Source of the DNA: Candidatus Cloacimonadales bacterium
GTDB lineage: Bacteria; Cloacimonadota; Cloacimonadia; Cloacimonadales; JAFGVF01
Direction of reading: 5' to 3'
Length of the DNA stretch: 64,000 nucleotides
NCBI GenBank assembly: GCA_963667035.1
Contig: OY762964.1
Span: 1,056,001 to 1,120,000, forward strand
The notes under the pieces: generated by a model
Seen by the model: the letters and a program-made list of their open reading frames with translations, nothing else
Told to the model about the DNA's origin: nothing
Database searches by the model: none
In this document: one piece after another, positions 19,871 through 29,301 of the stretch
How positions within the stretch are numbered: the stretch's first letter is position 1
How the letters are laid out: the number at the start of each line of letters is the position of its first letter
Translations under genes and position numbers: made by a program

Positions 19871-22684
19871 TTACTTATAATCTTCTGCTAATTGTTGTAT
19901 TGCTACAATAATCTCTTCCACTGTCTGTTTAAGTTCACTGCCCATCTTGATATACTCATTGGGATACTCATCCTGCATAAAATACATCAGAGCATAATAT
20001 AAAGGTTTAAACCTGTCTTTAAGATGAAACGGATTCTCATTGAAGAGTTTCAGGGCTGAGTGATACTGCTTTTTAGCAATAAGCAACATGATAAACTGTC
20101 TGATATCTTCAGGAAATTCTTTATAAGTTTCTTCATTATTCAGGAATTCCTTTGATACATCAAGGGCTCTCTTTATCTCATTATTCCATAGTAGAACCAT
20201 TGAATATGTATGAGAAATGAAGATGTTTTTATTTTCATTGAATTGTTTCACTGCATATTGAAGTGCCTTAACTTTATCGAGTTTTTCTGTGAAATACATC
20301 CAGGATAAATTGTTCATTGCATCAGTGTCACCTTTCTCACTAGCCATAAGATAGTACTTTTCGGCATTTTCGAAGTCTTTGTATTCATTGTGATAGATAA
20401 GAGCTAAAATGTTCATTGCGTCAGTGTCACCTTTCTCAATCGCCATAAGATAGTACTTTTCCGCCTTTTCGAAGTCTTTGTATTCATTGTGATAGAAAAG
20501 AGCTAAATTGAACATTGCATCAGTGTCACCTTTCTCACTAGCCATAAGATAGTACTTTTCGGCCTTTTCGAAGTCCTTGTATTCTTTGTGATAGATAAGA
20601 GCTAAATTGAACATTGCACTAGGATGGTCTTTCTCAATCGCCATAAGATAGTACTTTTTCGCTTTTTCGAAGTCTTTGTATTCATTATGATAGAGAAAAG
20701 CTAAATTGTACATTGCACCAGCATGGTCTTTCTCAATTGCCATAAGGTAGTACTTTTCCGCCTTTTCGAAGTCTTTGTATTCATTATGATAGAGAAAAGC
20801 TAAATTGTACATTGCACCAGTATGGTCTTTCTCAATTGCCATAAGGTAGTACTTTTCCGCTTTCGCGAAATCTTTGTATTCATTTTGATAGAGAAGAGCT
20901 AAATTGTACATTGCATCAGTGTCACCTTTCTCACTAGCCATAAGATAGTACTTTTCCGCTTTCGCGAAATCTTTGTATTCAGTAAGATAGAGCGAAGCTA
21001 AATTGTACATTGCGTCAATGTTACCCTTCTCAATCGCCATAAGGTAGTACTTTTCCGCCTCTTCGAAGTCTTTGTATTCATTTTCATATAAATATGCTAA
21101 CAAAAACTTTGCAGTAGGATTATCTTTCAGGTGGTTATTTGAGAGATAATCTATAGCTTTCTCAGGATTATGTTTATGAGAACCATACAAATATCCTAAC
21201 TGTAAGAATACAATGCTGTCTTTAACTCTGAGCATTTCGAGTTGATGGATAGCTGAATCAATATCTTTATTGTCATTAATGCTTTGATCAACTAAGCTCA
21301 TTAACTCGTTATCCGATGGTTGCATTACTTTTGCATATTCAGAACCACAAATATCCAGATAGATTTTGGTCTCTTTACACAATTCATCCTGAAGTTGTCT
21401 GTTGATTGAAGTACGAGCTAATGCTTCGGTCATAAAATAGGCATGTTTGTCATGGACTATTCCTTTTCTTACAGCTTCAATATGTTTTTTTGCTCTGTTC
21501 TCAAGCTCATTACTGTCGCACCATCCAATCAGAAATTCCACTAGGAATCTGACTTTGTTTTCTTCTGTTTTGCCTCCGTGCCTCATGAGATACCAGATAT
21601 TGAAGAAACGTTCCGATAACCTGTAAAGGTAGTTTTTTGTATTGGTTTTTTGCTTTTCGATAAGATGATCTCTTTCAAGAAGTTTCAGTTGAGATGAGAT
21701 TGCCTTACTTTGTTCTTTAATTTTAACCGAAATCTCTTTTGCACTGATAGCATCCCAGTTTAGAGCGATTATTTCAACAATCTCCTGTTGCTGGGGAGAA
21801 AGGCTGTCCATCCTGTGTTTATAAAGAGGAGTCACTTCATCAAGAATTCTTTCTAAATCAAGAAAAGCCTTTCCGTTTTCATCATCAATGAAGATTTGAA
21901 AAAGGATAACAATGGTCCTGATTACTCCGCCCGTCATTCTTCTGAGGGCTTCCAGCCTTCCCGGTTGTTCCTCAACAATCTTTCTGACTCGTTCCCGATT
22001 ATATCGATCACCAAGATTAAGCATCAAAGTCTTGGTCTCTTCTTGAGAAAGCCCTTTTAAAACAGGCATTTTGAAGAATTCATAAAAAGGACTTTTATAG
22101 CCGAAATCACTTTCAAGGCTCACGGATGAGGCTCCAATAATTCTGATTTCCGCACATTGAATCAGGACTTCCCGAAGTCTTTGCTTTTCTTTATTATTCA
22201 GTTTGTTTAGAATATCACCAATGTTATCAATAAACACAATGATTTTATTCCTATTTTCTGCCAGTTTCAACTCAAGCAGATTAAAACATCTTTCTTCATA
22301 GTCATCGTCATACTCGAATGACTCCATCTCTTTTCTCAGGTTTTCAAATCCTTGCTTTTCTTGTAAATATTCAGCTATCCTTTCCCAGAGTTTAAACAGT
22401 TTCCGTATCTGATACTCTTCCTCACGGAAGACAATGGGAATAAGCCATGTGTTAAGATCAATGTCTGCTTCGACTTCATAGGCCAGTCGGAGCAGCAAAG
22501 TCGTTTTACCCTGCCCCCGGATTCCCTGAATTATATAGGGCTGTGCCGGATTCCTCATGTCAGAACTCTTTATATCCCTGAATATATCTTCGAAGATTTG
22601 TGTTCTGACGACGAAATTAACAATTAAATCCTTTCTGCTTTGATTAGCCGGGTTATATATTTTGGGATGATTAGTTTGCAACAT
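19871..22684 (-). CDS. STAND/AAA-like P-loop ATPase with winged HTH and C-terminal Sel1/TPR repeats (937 aa)
   Basis: Start ATG 22684 (MLQTNHPKIYNP) overlaps the upstream stop; Walker A GIRGQGKT, Walker B IIVFIDN, TGGVIR (GxP-equivalent), wHTH (SAKEIS...SSQLKLL...YRLSERFF), 33-aa repeats. Confidence 0.85.
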   Translation of the reverse strand: MLQTNHPKIYNPANQSRKDLIVNFVVRTQIFEDIFRDIKSSDMRNPAQPYIIQGIRGQGKTTLLLRLAYEVEADIDLNTWLIPIVFREEEYQIRKLFKLWERIAEYLQEKQGFENLRKEMESFEYDDDYEERCFNLLELKLAENRNKIIVFIDNIGDILNKLNNKEKQRLREVLIQCAEIRIIGASSVSLESDFGYKSPFYEFFKMPVLKGLSQEETKTLMLNLGDRYNRERVRKIVEEQPGRLEALRRMTGGVIRTIVILFQIFIDDENGKAFLDLERILDEVTPLYKHRMDSLSPQQQEIVEIIALNWDAISAKEISVKIKEQSKAISSQLKLLERDHLIEKQKTNTKNYLYRLSERFFNIWYLMRHGGKTEENKVRFLVEFLIGWCDSNELENRAKKHIEAVRKGIVHDKHAYFMTEALARTSINRQLQDELCKETKIYLDICGSEYAKVMQPSDNELMSLVDQSINDNKDIDSAIHQLEMLRVKDSIVFLQLGYLYGSHKHNPEKAIDYLSNNHLKDNPTAKFLLAYLYENEYKDFEEAEKYYLMAIEKGNIDAMYNLASLYLTEYKDFAKAEKYYLMASEKGDTDAMYNLALLYQNEYKDFAKAEKYYLMAIEKDHTGAMYNLAFLYHNEYKDFEKAEKYYLMAIEKDHAGAMYNLAFLYHNEYKDFEKAKKYYLMAIEKDHPSAMFNLALIYHKEYKDFEKAEKYYLMASEKGDTDAMFNLALFYHNEYKDFEKAEKYYLMAIEKGDTDAMNILALIYHNEYKDFENAEKYYLMASEKGDTDAMNNLSWMYFTEKLDKVKALQYAVKQFNENKNIFISHTYSMVLLWNNEIKRALDVSKEFLNNEETYKEFPEDIRQFIMLLIAKKQYHSALKLFNENPFHLKDRFKPLYYALMYFMQDEYPNEYIKMGSELKQTVEEIIVAIQQLAEDYK
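20321..21112 (-). repeat. Eight tandem 99-bp coding repeats (Sel1/TPR-like, 33 aa)
   Basis: Consensus AMYNLALLYHNEYKDFEKAEKYYLMAIEKGDTD; DNA landmark CATTGC recurs at 20315, 20414 and onward at 99-bp period. Confidence 0.95.
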
Positions 22685-23825
22685 ACTTAAACCACCACAT
22701 TTGTAGAATAGGGGAGTTAAAATGGTATTGGTCGGGACTTTCATTGTTATTGATATACCCATCGTAGATAAGTACTCTGACAATATCTTTATAAGTCTGT
22801 TCCATGTTAAGCTTGACAGAGAGGTTATACATCTCGTTCTTATCAATAACATCATTTTCAGAAATGAAATTCAACAGCTCTTTAGATAGTATATATTCAT
22901 CTGATTTGAACATTGTCCTCAACCTGCTTTCCCAGTGAGCAAAGTAATGCTTTTGCTCAATCATCTCTTCGAAAGCTTGTTCAATAACATCCTCAGTGAC
23001 TGTCTCAATCTCGTTATCTTTTGTGTAATACTCAATAGATTGAATAATCATCTGAATATAGAAGGGTATCAGCCATTTTGTTTTCTCTAGAATATAATCA
23101 ATCATCTCTTCCGATAAATTATAACGAACATCATTTAAAAGAGCAAAAACGAGTTCTTTTGCCTGTTTCCGGGTTAAAGGTTTTACACTTATAGAAGTAA
23201 GATCATTTATTGTACCGAAAGCGTTTAGCCCATCAACGATGTTCTCCAGACCGATAGATCCTGAGTATATGAATTGGATTTTCTCATATAAGGTATGCCT
23301 CAACACTCTGTTTGTCTGCAGGAAATGAATCGCAGCCTGATTACCCTGAGCACTTTTTATATTCTCGACAGTCTGCGAAAACTCGTCTAAAAGAAATACC
23401 AGTTTCTCTCCCTCAAGTTCAATCTTTTCAATAATTCTGATGAATTCTGCATAATAATCTATGTTTTGCTTTGAGTCAAATTCTACTCCGTTTTTTGATA
23501 TTGCTTTTATAGCAGGAAAAACCTCTTTGATCCGTGAGAGTATTTTATCTCTGTTTGTTACAAATTCCGATGTGATAAGCTTTGTCAGAAGTTTTCGATA
23601 AAATTCCTGCTCAGAACTCACCGACTCTGTCATGTGGAATATAAAGTTGTATCCTTCAAGCGGATTGTCCTTCAAATAGAACATTAATGATGTTTTCCCT
23701 ACTCTGCGGGGAGCGACAAGGAGTATATTGCTTCCTCTATCGATACTCCGTTCAATCCTTGCAATGAGATCTTTGCGTGGGAAGAAATCATCACCATGGA
23801 CTGCATTTCCGATTTGTATTTTCAT
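22671..23825 (-). CDS. P-loop ATPase (archaeal-ATPase/STAND-like, 384 aa)
   Basis: RBS AAAGGAGG before ATG 23825 (MKIQIGNAVHGDDFFPR); Walker A APRRVGKT, Walker B FLLDE, YSGS, IPFYIQ, C-terminal FNSPILQMWW. Confidence 0.87.
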   Translation of the reverse strand: MKIQIGNAVHGDDFFPRKDLIARIERSIDRGSNILLVAPRRVGKTSLMFYLKDNPLEGYNFIFHMTESVSSEQEFYRKLLTKLITSEFVTNRDKILSRIKEVFPAIKAISKNGVEFDSKQNIDYYAEFIRIIEKIELEGEKLVFLLDEFSQTVENIKSAQGNQAAIHFLQTNRVLRHTLYEKIQFIYSGSIGLENIVDGLNAFGTINDLTSISVKPLTRKQAKELVFALLNDVRYNLSEEMIDYILEKTKWLIPFYIQMIIQSIEYYTKDNEIETVTEDVIEQAFEEMIEQKHYFAHWESRLRTMFKSDEYILSKELLNFISENDVIDKNEMYNLSVKLNMEQTYKDIVRVLIYDGYINNNESPDQYHFNSPILQMWWFKYVAN

Positions 23826-23835
23826 CTCTGCCTCC

Positions 23836-23899
23836 TTTGACAAAAAATCTATAGTCAAAAGAGATGGCAATAAAAGTTTTGTCAAGTTGTTTGACAAAA
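23836..23899 (-). promoter_or_regulatory. Two TTGAC/GTCAA palindromes overlapping a putative -35 upstream of the ATPase pair
   Basis: TTTGAC-N12-GTCAAA (23836-23859) and TTTTGTCAA-N5-TTGACAAAA (23877-23899). Confidence 0.45.
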
Positions 23900-24091
23900 T
23901 ATATTTTGTTATCTATGGGATGACTAATTCTTTACATGAACAATTATGGCTGAGAATAGGGGGAGAGGGTAACTTAATGATGACGATTAAATATAAATTA
24001 TCTCATTAGCAATATGCTCTCTTACAAGTTCACGGAGATTTTGAGATAAGCCAAGATCAATGTCACTATCATTATCTCTTCAAGATTTCTT

Positions 24092-24119
24092 ATTTAACTT
24101 AATTTAAGTTAGGTGTAAA
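24092..24119 (-). other. dif-like (XerC/XerD) recombination site candidate
   Basis: Minus strand TTTACACCTAA-CTTAAA-TTAAGTTAAAT: 11-6-11 layout, right arm 10/11 to the canonical XerD arm TTATGTTAAAT, left arm ends in TAA. Confidence 0.5.
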
Positions 24120-24220
24120 TGTATGACATTAGAAATCTTGCTTAAATGGAGTAATCACGCTTAAGCAAAATAGTAAGTTTCCTAATCATTAGTACAACTG
24201 ATTGTTCCAGAAGTTTGGGT

Positions 24221-25471
24221 CTATAACTTTCTAAAATCAGTCCCGGTTGGGTTTTGAAATACTTCTAAGTCAAATTCAGGGACAGCAGCTAATAAATGAT
24301 CAAACATATCTGACATAATGCTTTCGTATACTGCCCATTCCTTGCGACTGCTGAATGTATATATTTCAATAGGCAATCCGGTTTCGGATGGGGGCAGTTG
24401 CCTAACCATGCAGGTCATGTGGAGATTAATATTAGGATTACTTTTTACATAAGCTTCTGCGTACACTCTGAAGATACCAATATTGGTTAGATGTCTTCCA
24501 TTAATAAGAAGGGATTTATCAATCTCATTATCCTTATTATATTTCTCAATCTCCTGACTTCTCTCATTGATATAATTACTAATAATCTGAACTTTCTTGA
24601 GTCTCTCAAGCATATCTTCTGAACAGAATTTGATACTGCTAATCTTTATATTTAGTGACCGTTTAATTCTTCTTCCACCGGATTCAGACATTCCACGCCA
24701 GTTTTTGAAAGATTCAGAGATAAAGGCATAGGTAGGGATAGTAGTAATAGTTTTATCCCAATTCTGGATTTTAATTGTCGTAAGGTTCATCTCTATGACA
24801 TCTCCATCAGCTCCATAGTTTGACATTGAGACCCAATCTCCAATTCTCACCATATCATTCGCAGAAAGTTGGATGCTTGCAACAAAGCCAAGTATTGTAT
24901 CTTTGAAGACTAATAGTAAAACGACAGTCATTGCTCCTAGGGCACTTAGGAAATAAATTGGTGTTTTGTTCATTAGGAAGGATAATATCAGAATTCCACC
25001 AAACAAATAAGTTACTAACTTGGCTAGCTGGAAGTAGCTGTCTAAAGGATTGTTTTCTAATATTTTAACACTCTTTGTATAGAGCTTTAGCGTGTTTAAC
25101 AATCTGATAAGCACAATCATCGTGATAATACTAATATAGGCATTTACAAAACGATAAAGATACGGGATAATTCCTGTAAAGTCCATAAAAATATAAGGGA
25201 TAGTAAAATAAATCACAACAGCCGGAGCCAATTGGGAGAGAGGACTAAATACACTATGCTCAACCAAGGTATTGTCCCATTGGGTTTTAGTTTTCTTTAC
25301 AAGGGTATTTATAGATTTAAGTAGGATATTCTTAACAATCAGATTTATAATTAACCCTATTATAAACAGTAGGATTAGCAGTATTCCAAGTCTAAGATAC
25401 ATAGTCATCGTTTTTTCAATTCCAAGCCCGGTTAGCAAATTAGTAACCCAATCTATAGATTCATTGTTCAT
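24221..25471 (-). CDS. Mechanosensitive channel, MscS family (YbdG/MscM-like)
   Basis: LGAMTVVLLLVFKDTILGFVASIQ, GDWV, QNWDKTITTIP, NWRGMSESGGRRIKR, FQNPTG. Confidence 0.93.
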   Translation of the reverse strand: MNNESIDWVTNLLTGLGIEKTMTMYLRLGILLILLFIIGLIINLIVKNILLKSINTLVKKTKTQWDNTLVEHSVFSPLSQLAPAVVIYFTIPYIFMDFTGIIPYLYRFVNAYISIITMIVLIRLLNTLKLYTKSVKILENNPLDSYFQLAKLVTYLFGGILILSFLMNKTPIYFLSALGAMTVVLLLVFKDTILGFVASIQLSANDMVRIGDWVSMSNYGADGDVIEMNLTTIKIQNWDKTITTIPTYAFISESFKNWRGMSESGGRRIKRSLNIKISSIKFCSEDMLERLKKVQIISNYINERSQEIEKYNKDNEIDKSLLINGRHLTNIGIFRVYAEAYVKSNPNINLHMTCMVRQLPPSETGLPIEIYTFSSRKEWAVYESIMSDMFDHLLAAVPEFDLEVFQNPTGTDFRKL

Positions 25472-25491
25472 ATGTTATCCCCTTTAAATGA

Positions 25492-28400
25492 TTATTTCTG
25501 AAATTTCCAAATCAAGTCAACTCCAGTAGCTTTGTCTCCACCTTGAGTGGCCTGGAGATAAAGTCGACGTCTGAGCTCATATTCAAGAGTTACTCTTTCC
25601 GGAACAACCTCGTTACCACTACCGAAAGAAAGTTCTCGTTCATAGCTGAGAAAGAGGTTGTTAGTAATATATTTACCGACAACAACTTGAGCCTGTCGCC
25701 AATTGGTGTCGCCTTTAAACTCTACTACATCAAGATTTAATTGCTTTTGGATCTGGCTAGTAATTTTTGATGTTATCTGTCCAACAACAATCTTTGTCGC
25801 CAAATTATCTTGTCCGGAGCCATTTACCTGATCTCTTTCTCCGGAAGATAATTCTGCTGTACTCTTTCCAAAGATAATGTAAGAGATTCCGTCACCTTCT
25901 GAGATTGGCTCATCATCCAAATAAAATTGGATTACTGGTTGCTTTAAACTTCCTGTTACCTGAATGGAGAGAGTAAGCTTCTCTTGCGAAGAACTGCGAA
26001 GAATGTAGTTGGCAACTATTGATATTGCGGGGTCAATATCCCTTTCTCCACGGAAATAGACATTACCACTGACAATGTTAAATCTGCGACCATAAGCAGT
26101 ATAGTTTCCACGTACTACCATCACTTTTCCTGATAAAACAAAATCAGGACTACTCTTAATAATTACCAGTTCACCACCCAACTCCATATTCATCTCTTCA
26201 GATTTCAGCCAGATATTGCGTGGGAAAGAGAGTTTCAAGTTTCCTCTCATGTTCTTTACCATTTGAGAGGGTTCTTCATCAGTTTTAGATTCAACTGGCT
26301 TGGATAGACTGTCAGCAGAAACTCCGACTAAAAGCAAGGGAGTGGTTAACGGCTCTCTTTTTCTTTCCATACCCATCAAGGTTGGCAGATATAATTGAGC
26401 TCTCAGAATTTTAAGATAACCTGAGAAGGTTGGTTCGTTACTATTACCGGCAATTGTGATGTTTGACTCAAACTTTAAATCCATATCTCTGTTTTTCAGA
26501 GCCTGAAAATCATTAGCTTGTATGGAGAATTGTAATGAGTCTAATTGCCCACTCTTTAAATCTAGAACTGTAGAGCCAGTCGCTTTGAGAAATCCTTTTT
26601 TACCTGAAGGTAGGGATAGATTTTTCAATTCGATCATGTTATTTTGAGCTTTAAAATCTAGATTTAAATCCCTGTAATCAATACCAAAAGTTGGTTGTTT
26701 AAAGGCTGCATTTTCAATTGAGAGTGTGGAATTAAGAAGAGGATGGTTCAGAGTATTCTCAACTTTTGCCCATAGATTCAATTCACCCTTAATCTCCTTA
26801 ACTGAATCAGTATAGTCATTCAGATTGCTTAAATCAAGGGGAGTCATCTTCAACTCAAGATTCAAGGGTTCATCTTTTAGTAGATTAAACTTTTTATTGG
26901 TGAGATCAGCCACGAAAGGAAGATAACCATTTAGTGAAATAGACTCTTGCTCGGTTCTGTTAATTTCCACACCTAAATGTGCAAGACTCGATTGATAATC
27001 AATGCTCCCGGCAATTTTGTGGAGACTCACCCCTCTCAAAGAGAGACTGTCCAAATTCCAGGTAGCAGACAGTTGTGGATTTTCCAACTCCCCATTGCCA
27101 GCAATATTCAGACTTAGCTTCCCTTGAATAGTCTCAAGAGCAGGATTTAAGAAACGCAAAGGCGATAGTGACAGTGAGTCGCACTTGATCCTGAGATTAT
27201 AATTAACTTGTGAGTCTAAAGTAAAATCAGCAATAATAGTTTGAGTCTCAGAGTTCAACTCTAAATTGCGTAAAGAGAGCTTCTTTGGATCGAAACTTAA
27301 TTTAAGCGTGTCAGGTTTGTTTTGCCAATTCTTTCCAAATGCATTAAGCTCAAGTTTTGAGAAGTTCGCTTGCTTCAAGGTCGGAAAGATGTCTCCGGTT
27401 AACTGTAGATCCAAAGTATCAGACTGAGTCAGCATAATATCCAGAAAGACCTTCTCCGGTGTATAATGAGTATTAATCCGAAGTGAATCTATCGGTAAGG
27501 TTGGCAGTGAAATATTGGTGAGAGACCCGGTAAACTCAGCTTCTGGCTTTTTATCAAGAAGTCTAATTTCCGATTCGCCAGTGAAAGAAGCTAGTTCATA
27601 TGTCTGGAATTTAATGTCATGTAAATCTATACTGGTATCTGCTTTTAAATCATCTGCTATACCACTGGCTGTACCTGACACATTCCCTTTCAGATCTAAG
27701 TCCGGTATAAACTTTTGAACAATCTGAGGTAATGCATCTAACTGAAGATTATAAGTAAGCTCGTTATTCTCATAAATATCTCCATGTCCATTAGCTGATA
27801 CATTAATTCCATCATAGCTTAGTTCCATCTCACTTAAACTATAGTTACCTTGCTGATATTCTCCTATAACTCTAAGCTTTTCAATCGGTATATTATCTAA
27901 AGAGGACTCTGATAAGTTAATATTGAAAGCTACATCTAAATCTTTAGGGTCAGTTCCTTTACCATTAATGTTAAACTGTGAATTAATGTCAGCTTGATAG
28001 GGGAGAGTAGGTAGTATTTTCATAAGCTCTAGATCGGTAAGAGAACCGGATACTGCATAACCTATATCAGTGAGAAGATTTCTTAAATCAGCCTTAACGT
28101 TTATCTTTCCAAATTCACTATCCAAAAGAAGAGTGTTACTTAACTGGGAGGGTGAACCGTTGCTCTTTAACATTAATGACTCAATTTTATAGGTATTGTA
28201 ATCTGAGTCTTTCAGGTTTAGTGTTAACTCTGTTTCAACATTTGGCCATGACTCACCATGAATAGATGCTACAAGAGAACCGTTGAGATTGGATTGAGGA
28301 AGATTGCTTTTCCAGTTATTACTGTTTAATTTTTCCCAAACCAAATCAAGCTGAGAGGTAAGGGGCTTTTGCAGGTTAGGTAATTGTGCTTCTAACCTAA

Positions 28401-29301
28401 TTACCTGTTCATCGGAATTCATGACTATCTCTGTCGATAGTGAATCTCCTCTAATAACAGCACTACCTGATAAATTATGATTCCCTTGAATAGGAAATGA
28501 AGGTATCCAAGTCTGTAGTTCCTCAAAATCCAGTGGGTTGACTTCAAAATTGACTTTAGCATTGCGGATAGGCTCATTAATTAGATTGCCTGACAGCAGA
28601 ATCTGTGACTTGGGAGATGAAATCTTGAGTTGTTCTAAACTGATGTCAGGTTTTCCATTTCCCTTTAAATCTCTAAGAGAAAGGCTAATCTCCTGCGGTT
28701 GAATAGATACATCAGCTTTGCTCAGTTCCCATGCTATTTCTTCTCCTAAACTTGCATGGAAAATCAGTTGAGAAATGGTAATTGCTTTTGGATACAACTC
28801 AGGAAGGTTCGAACCTGAGATTTTCACAATCGAGTTGGAAAGAATAAAACTCTCCAAATCAATCTGCCAGGAACTTGGTGTCTTCTCAGTTGTAGTTGTA
28901 TCTTCTTCAGCAGTATATATTTTAGTTAGATTCCAAACTCCTTCAGCATCTTGATGAAGGTTAACCGTTAAATCTGAGACAAAAATCGATTTTACAATGA
29001 CCTTCTTATGAATAAGATGTCCCAAATCATAGTTTAGATCAAGTTGCTTCAGATTCACTAATTCAGCTCTTTCATCAGATAGAACAAAGTCTTTTATAGT
29101 AAGCCTTTTAAAGATGTTTCCTTCTATTCCGGCAATCTCTACACTTCCATTTATCTGCTTGTTAACTTGAGAAATCACGGTTTTACGTACAAGATTAAGG
29201 AACATGGAGGATTGAGTGAAGAAATAGCCCAGAATTATGATAATCAGAATGATTCCTATAACACGAGAGGAGAGAATGAGTTTCTGTTTTCTATTTCTCA
29301 T
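25492..29301 (-). CDS. tamB: Translocation and assembly module TamB (AsmA-like, DUF490 C-terminus)
   Basis: N-terminal TM anchor, long beta-rich body, C-terminal GKYITNNLFLSY...LEYEL...GVDLIWKF; downstream of an Omp85 gene. Confidence 0.88.
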   Translation of the reverse strand: MRNRKQKLILSSRVIGIILIIIILGYFFTQSSMFLNLVRKTVISQVNKQINGSVEIAGIEGNIFKRLTIKDFVLSDERAELVNLKQLDLNYDLGHLIHKKVIVKSIFVSDLTVNLHQDAEGVWNLTKIYTAEEDTTTTEKTPSSWQIDLESFILSNSIVKISGSNLPELYPKAITISQLIFHASLGEEIAWELSKADVSIQPQEISLSLRDLKGNGKPDISLEQLKISSPKSQILLSGNLINEPIRNAKVNFEVNPLDFEELQTWIPSFPIQGNHNLSGSAVIRGDSLSTEIVMNSDEQVIRLEAQLPNLQKPLTSQLDLVWEKLNSNNWKSNLPQSNLNGSLVASIHGESWPNVETELTLNLKDSDYNTYKIESLMLKSNGSPSQLSNTLLLDSEFGKINVKADLRNLLTDIGYAVSGSLTDLELMKILPTLPYQADINSQFNINGKGTDPKDLDVAFNINLSESSLDNIPIEKLRVIGEYQQGNYSLSEMELSYDGINVSANGHGDIYENNELTYNLQLDALPQIVQKFIPDLDLKGNVSGTASGIADDLKADTSIDLHDIKFQTYELASFTGESEIRLLDKKPEAEFTGSLTNISLPTLPIDSLRINTHYTPEKVFLDIMLTQSDTLDLQLTGDIFPTLKQANFSKLELNAFGKNWQNKPDTLKLSFDPKKLSLRNLELNSETQTIIADFTLDSQVNYNLRIKCDSLSLSPLRFLNPALETIQGKLSLNIAGNGELENPQLSATWNLDSLSLRGVSLHKIAGSIDYQSSLAHLGVEINRTEQESISLNGYLPFVADLTNKKFNLLKDEPLNLELKMTPLDLSNLNDYTDSVKEIKGELNLWAKVENTLNHPLLNSTLSIENAAFKQPTFGIDYRDLNLDFKAQNNMIELKNLSLPSGKKGFLKATGSTVLDLKSGQLDSLQFSIQANDFQALKNRDMDLKFESNITIAGNSNEPTFSGYLKILRAQLYLPTLMGMERKREPLTTPLLLVGVSADSLSKPVESKTDEEPSQMVKNMRGNLKLSFPRNIWLKSEEMNMELGGELVIIKSSPDFVLSGKVMVVRGNYTAYGRRFNIVSGNVYFRGERDIDPAISIVANYILRSSSQEKLTLSIQVTGSLKQPVIQFYLDDEPISEGDGISYIIFGKSTAELSSGERDQVNGSGQDNLATKIVVGQITSKITSQIQKQLNLDVVEFKGDTNWRQAQVVVGKYITNNLFLSYERELSFGSGNEVVPERVTLEYELRRRLYLQATQGGDKATGVDLIWKFQK

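Noticed and set aside
20321..21112. Regular repeats as a CRISPR array
   Set aside because: Contiguous in-frame 99-bp coding units with no unique spacers and no cas genes.
22685..22855. N-terminal extension of the 994-aa ORF call
   Set aside because: Overlaps the upstream ATPase gene; ATG 22684 at the overlapping stop is the more plausible start.
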